Shown in pieces: positions 60,397 through 64,000 of a DNA stretch of 64,000 nucleotides. A program made the translations under genes and the position numbers. Within the stretch, counting starts at the first letter, position 1. Every line of letters begins with the position of its first letter. The stretch is from Nitrospiraceae bacterium (GTDB lineage Bacteria; Nitrospirota; Nitrospiria; Nitrospirales; Nitrospiraceae). The stretch is from positions 11,772 through 75,771 of the forward strand of contig JBQTJA010000027.1 in assembly GCA_052387595.1 (NCBI GenBank). The letters run 5' to 3'. The notes beneath the pieces were generated by a model that was not told where the DNA came from, did not search any database, and saw only the letters and a list, made by a program, of their open reading frames with translations.

Positions 60397-61173
60397 TTGA
60401 TGAAAATCGCCACGTTCAACGTCAATTCATTGCGCAAACGCTTGCCGATCGTGCTGGAATGGCTCGATCGGCACAAACCGGATGTGCTGTGCCTTCAGGA
60501 AACCAAAGTCCAGGATAGCGAGTTTCCCTTGCTCGCGCTGGCACCCAGCGGGTATGTAACGACCTTTCGGGGAATGAAATCCTATAACGGGGTGGCGATT
60601 CTCAGCCGAAAGAAGCCGGAAGCAGTGTTCTACGGATTCGACGATGGAGGAGACCCTGAAGACGCTCGCTTGCTGAGAGTGATCATCGATGGGATTCCCA
60701 TCGTGAACACCTACGTGCCGCAGGGGTTCGAAATCGACTCGCCAAAGTATGCCTACAAGCTCGCCTGGTACGAACGATTGCGGAACTATTTCAACGCACA
60801 CCTTTCACCGCAGGCCCCGGCGATCTGGTGCGGAGATATGAACGTAGCCCCACGCCCTATGGACGTCCACGGTCCAGAGAAACATCTGAACCATGTCTGT
60901 TACCACGAAGCCGCGCGTAAGGCATATGAACAGACGGTGGCATGGGGATTTCAAGATGTTTTTGTGAAACTCTACCCGACACGTCAACAATATACATTCT
61001 GGGACTACCGTGCGCCGAGCTCACTTGCGGCCAACAAAGGGTGGCGCATTGATCAGATGATGGCCACCGCGCCACTTGCGGACACATGCGTGAAGGCGGA
61101 TGTGGACGTCGAGCCGCGGCGAGCGAAAGAACCTTCAGACCACACCTTTTTGTGGGCTGAGTTTTCGATCTGA
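60397..61173 (+). CDS. xth: Exodeoxyribonuclease III
   Basis: TFNVNS, LQETK, GDMNVA, WRID and SDH. Confidence 0.95.
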   Translation: MMKIATFNVNSLRKRLPIVLEWLDRHKPDVLCLQETKVQDSEFPLLALAPSGYVTTFRGMKSYNGVAILSRKKPEAVFYGFDDGGDPEDARLLRVIIDGIPIVNTYVPQGFEIDSPKYAYKLAWYERLRNYFNAHLSPQAPAIWCGDMNVAPRPMDVHGPEKHLNHVCYHEAARKAYEQTVAWGFQDVFVKLYPTRQQYTFWDYRAPSSLAANKGWRIDQMMATAPLADTCVKADVDVEPRRAKEPSDHTFLWAEFSI

Positions 61174-61249
61174 CCGTGCGCGCGACATCCACTCCAACCA
61201 TGCCGATCAATCCCGCGGTCTTGGGGATGACTGGAATGGGACTCCCCTC

Positions 61250-61405
61250 CTAGGCCGCCTTGGCTCGCATGTGGTTGCTGCGATTCTGTTGGATCAAGGG
61301 ATCAATGATCAGCCCACAATTGAGACAGCGCAGAATAACGGTACTGGACGAGACTGCCGGTTGACGCTCTTGGATCATCAAGCCTTTGCATTTTAGACAA
61401 GTCAT
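61250..61405 (-). CDS. Small zinc-ribbon protein, 51 aa
   Basis: AGGAGGG SD; MTCLKCKGLM...RCLNCGLIIDP. Confidence 0.75.
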   Translation of the reverse strand: MTCLKCKGLMIQERQPAVSSSTVILRCLNCGLIIDPLIQQNRSNHMRAKAA

Positions 61406-61647
61406 GGGGTCCCTCCTGCTGAAATAAATGATGGCAATCACGTCATGCATGCACGAGGGGTACAGTAGCATCGTGAGATTAACCCCAAGTTAACAGCCAG
61501 TTAAAAATCTCTAATGTCGAGTTCGGTCATCATCTAACTTTTCAACACGTTATGCCTCGTGCCTATCGGTGTGAATGTTCAACTCTCCGCGAGGAAGTAC
61601 GGACTCAGCTGCGAACTCCTGCACTGAAAGTGGTTGAGAAACAGTCG

Positions 61648-62946
61648 ATGAAGAATCCAACACCACCCGGCCATAAAGCATCCACGGCGGATGTGGCCAT
61701 TATTGGAGGAGGAGCGGCTGGCCTTGCCGCTGCCATCTCAGCGAAAGAACACAGCCAAGGCGCAAGGATCTACCTGCTCGATGGGGCGAGATCATTGGGG
61801 GCCAAAATTCTGGTCTCAGGCGGAGGACGTTGCAACGTCACGCATGATGGCGTGACACCGAAGGACTTTTTTGGCAATCGGCACATCGTCCGCAACATTC
61901 TCGCGGCATTTTCCGTCGAACAGACGATCGCGTGGTTTACCTCACTCGGTGTTGAACTGAAACGCGAAGAGACCGGCAAGATGTTTCCGACCACCGATAC
62001 GGCACGCACTGTTCTTACTGCACTGCTTGCGCGTGCGCGGGATTTGGGTGTCACGGTATGCCCGGATCATCGTGTGAGCGAAGTTCTTCGGTCGGGATCC
62101 GGCTTTGAAGTTCGGCATCGCGATGGCCTGCTCCATGCCGACCGACTCATTCTCGCCACCGGTGGTCAATCGTTGCCGAAAACAGGTAGCGATGGATTCG
62201 GGTATCGGCTGGCCCGCTTTCTCGGCCATCACGTGACACCGACTGTCCCCGCGTTAGTACCGCTCCTGTTGCACCGCTCCATGTTTCACACGGCACTCTC
62301 GGGCCTCTCGCAGGAAGTAACGCTGACAACTCTGGTGGATGGTCAAGAAGTTGATCGACGCACAGGAAGCCTGCTCTGGACCCATTTCGGAATCAGCGGC
62401 CCCGTCGTCATGGACGCCAGCCGCTTCTGGACTCTTGCAACGAATCGAGGCACGCGTGTGGATCTCTATGGCAACTTCGTGCCGGGTCGATCAGCTGAGG
62501 CATTGAAGGAATGGTTCATCAGCAAGACCGTTGAACATCCGAAGCGCTCGCTCGTACGAACCCTCTCGTTACTGGTCCCAGATCGCTTTGCCGAATCACT
62601 GTGCTGCTCATGTTCTTGCGACCCGTTGAAAATAATGACTCACGTCTCGCGTACTGATCGAGATCGGTTGCTTAGTGCACTGACTCGGTTCCGCTTTCCC
62701 GTGGAGGGTCATCGAGGCTGGAACTTTGCTGAAGTAACGGCCGGCGGTGTGCCCTTGGAAGAAATCGACTATCGCACGATGGAATCAAAACTGCTTCCCG
62801 GGATCTATCTTGCCGGAGAGCTGTTGGATTGCGACGGCCGAATCGGAGGGTTCAACTTTCAATGGGCTTGGACGACCGGATGGCTGGCTGGGCGGTCAAC
62901 AACCAAGAGTCTGTTTACGATAAAACCATCCTCAGGAAACCCATGA
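61648..62946 (+). CDS. HI0933/YhiN (BaiN)-family flavoprotein oxidoreductase
   Basis: GGGAAG, KILVSGGGRCNVT, ATGGQS, THFGISGP and GRIGGFNFQWAW. Start uncertain. Confidence 0.92.
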   Translation: MKNPTPPGHKASTADVAIIGGGAAGLAAAISAKEHSQGARIYLLDGARSLGAKILVSGGGRCNVTHDGVTPKDFFGNRHIVRNILAAFSVEQTIAWFTSLGVELKREETGKMFPTTDTARTVLTALLARARDLGVTVCPDHRVSEVLRSGSGFEVRHRDGLLHADRLILATGGQSLPKTGSDGFGYRLARFLGHHVTPTVPALVPLLLHRSMFHTALSGLSQEVTLTTLVDGQEVDRRTGSLLWTHFGISGPVVMDASRFWTLATNRGTRVDLYGNFVPGRSAEALKEWFISKTVEHPKRSLVRTLSLLVPDRFAESLCCSCSCDPLKIMTHVSRTDRDRLLSALTRFRFPVEGHRGWNFAEVTAGGVPLEEIDYRTMESKLLPGIYLAGELLDCDGRIGGFNFQWAWTTGWLAGRSTTKSLFTIKPSSGNP

Positions 62947-62997
62947 TCCCCAAGTTCGTTCACTCTCCCGTTCGCCACGGCCTTACTAATTCCAAGA

Positions 62998-63822
62998 TCA
63001 CCACACGCCTGCCTCTGCCTCCGAACAAGCCTTGGCCTTAGGAAGAGTCTGATGCGAAGCTGTTCCTTCCTTTATGGACGCCTCATTGGGGGATAACATC
63101 GTCACCTGGAGCTTTTCTTCAGCAAAGACCTCATCGTTGGTCCGCAGGACACCTTCACGATTCAACATCTTGACCGCATTCGTGCGCGAAACAATCGGGG
63201 GATACTGTCTGAACTGATCCGCCGAGACATAAGGAACCTGGATGGTCACAGGACGTCGCTTAACGTAGATGAATTCGCGCAGATTGTCGTCAATAGACGT
63301 CTTCAAGGTGACCACTACTGATTTCTCCCTGGGAAGAGTTGCAATCGAGAGGACGTACAACGGCTTCACATTGGGCGGCGCCTCTTTCTGTCCAGTGACC
63401 ACAAGATTTTGAGCCGTCAAGAGCTGCGTCGACTGATTAATGGCGGGAGACCGAACACCGACCTGTAAATTCGTGATGTCGCGATCCGACACATTTTCGA
63501 GCAACAGCTTGAGAAGCACCCAGGCGTGCGGATCGGGGACTTTGGCCCGACCATTCGGCACTGATTGTTCCTCCCGGCGGATGCTGCAATCGGACACCAG
63601 GTTGCGTCGCTCAAAGAAATAGAGCGTATTCATCCCCTGCGGCTGAATACCCCGTTCATACGTATAGACCGACACACCGACATGAATCATCGTCGGTCTG
63701 AACCAGTTCACAACCGTCGGGAGGACAAAGGGGACAAAGGCAGCAAACAGGCCAAGAATGGCAACCTTACTGAGGAGGCTCTGCCGCCAGAACCAATTCC
63801 AGCACTTCGTCAACCACGCCAT
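62998..63822 (-). CDS. Hypothetical membrane-anchored protein
   Basis: Single N-terminal TM segment (VAILGLFAAFVPFVLPTVV) followed by a beta-rich domain. Start MAWLTK assumed. Confidence 0.6.
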   Translation of the reverse strand: MAWLTKCWNWFWRQSLLSKVAILGLFAAFVPFVLPTVVNWFRPTMIHVGVSVYTYERGIQPQGMNTLYFFERRNLVSDCSIRREEQSVPNGRAKVPDPHAWVLLKLLLENVSDRDITNLQVGVRSPAINQSTQLLTAQNLVVTGQKEAPPNVKPLYVLSIATLPREKSVVVTLKTSIDDNLREFIYVKRRPVTIQVPYVSADQFRQYPPIVSRTNAVKMLNREGVLRTNDEVFAEEKLQVTMLSPNEASIKEGTASHQTLPKAKACSEAEAGVW

Positions 63823-64000
63823 AGAACCCTTACCCGATATTCTCGGTCTTGCATGCGCCAACCATACGCCCTTGGAGGAACTCCAGACAAGAGCAAGACT
63901 TTTCCTTGACTGTCGCCGTTCCAAGTCGCCATGCTGATCGTGAATCGGATCAAGAGGATTAATGTCGGAGAAGCAGTCTCAAGAAGCTCACGAGACGGAT

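Overview
A GC-rich bacterial chromosomal segment. Gene content and paralog style suggest Nitrospira/Nitrospirota; this is an inference and was not checked by search. Most of it is intact housekeeping and envelope genes: gmhA, rfaE2, mfd, ppiC/surA, engB, mtgA, iaaA, dtd, ogt, murJ, lemA-TPM-TPM, sdhCAB, lpxC, suhB, ppk2, a cytochrome c peroxidase with oxyR, and xth. Two accessory blocks are decaying. (1) 20.8-25.2 kb: a more AT-rich, co-oriented cassette of WYL regulator, AAA ATPase (one in-frame TAG), unknown protein (one frameshift) and PD-(D/E)XK nuclease. It looks like an undescribed defence-type module. (2) 37.1-45.0 kb: a giant-adhesin relic followed by a PAS kinase and four tandem paralogous REC-domain genes, two of them pseudogenes. 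Signals missing from the ORF track: a DnaA-box cluster with a palindrome (1.36-1.64 kb), a CG-phased heptamer array inside a kinase REC domain (9.43-9.51 kb), a MITE-like element filling the engB/mtgA divergent gap (19.2-19.4 kb), a 12-codon Lys-rich micro-ORF with SD and hairpin (46.7 kb), and a hairpin-rich ~430-nt element (53.2-53.6 kb). There is also an orphan, motif-degenerate TIGR02710-like CARF protein. I found no rRNA, tRNA or CRISPR array by eye. All family assignments come from motif recognition, not database searches.
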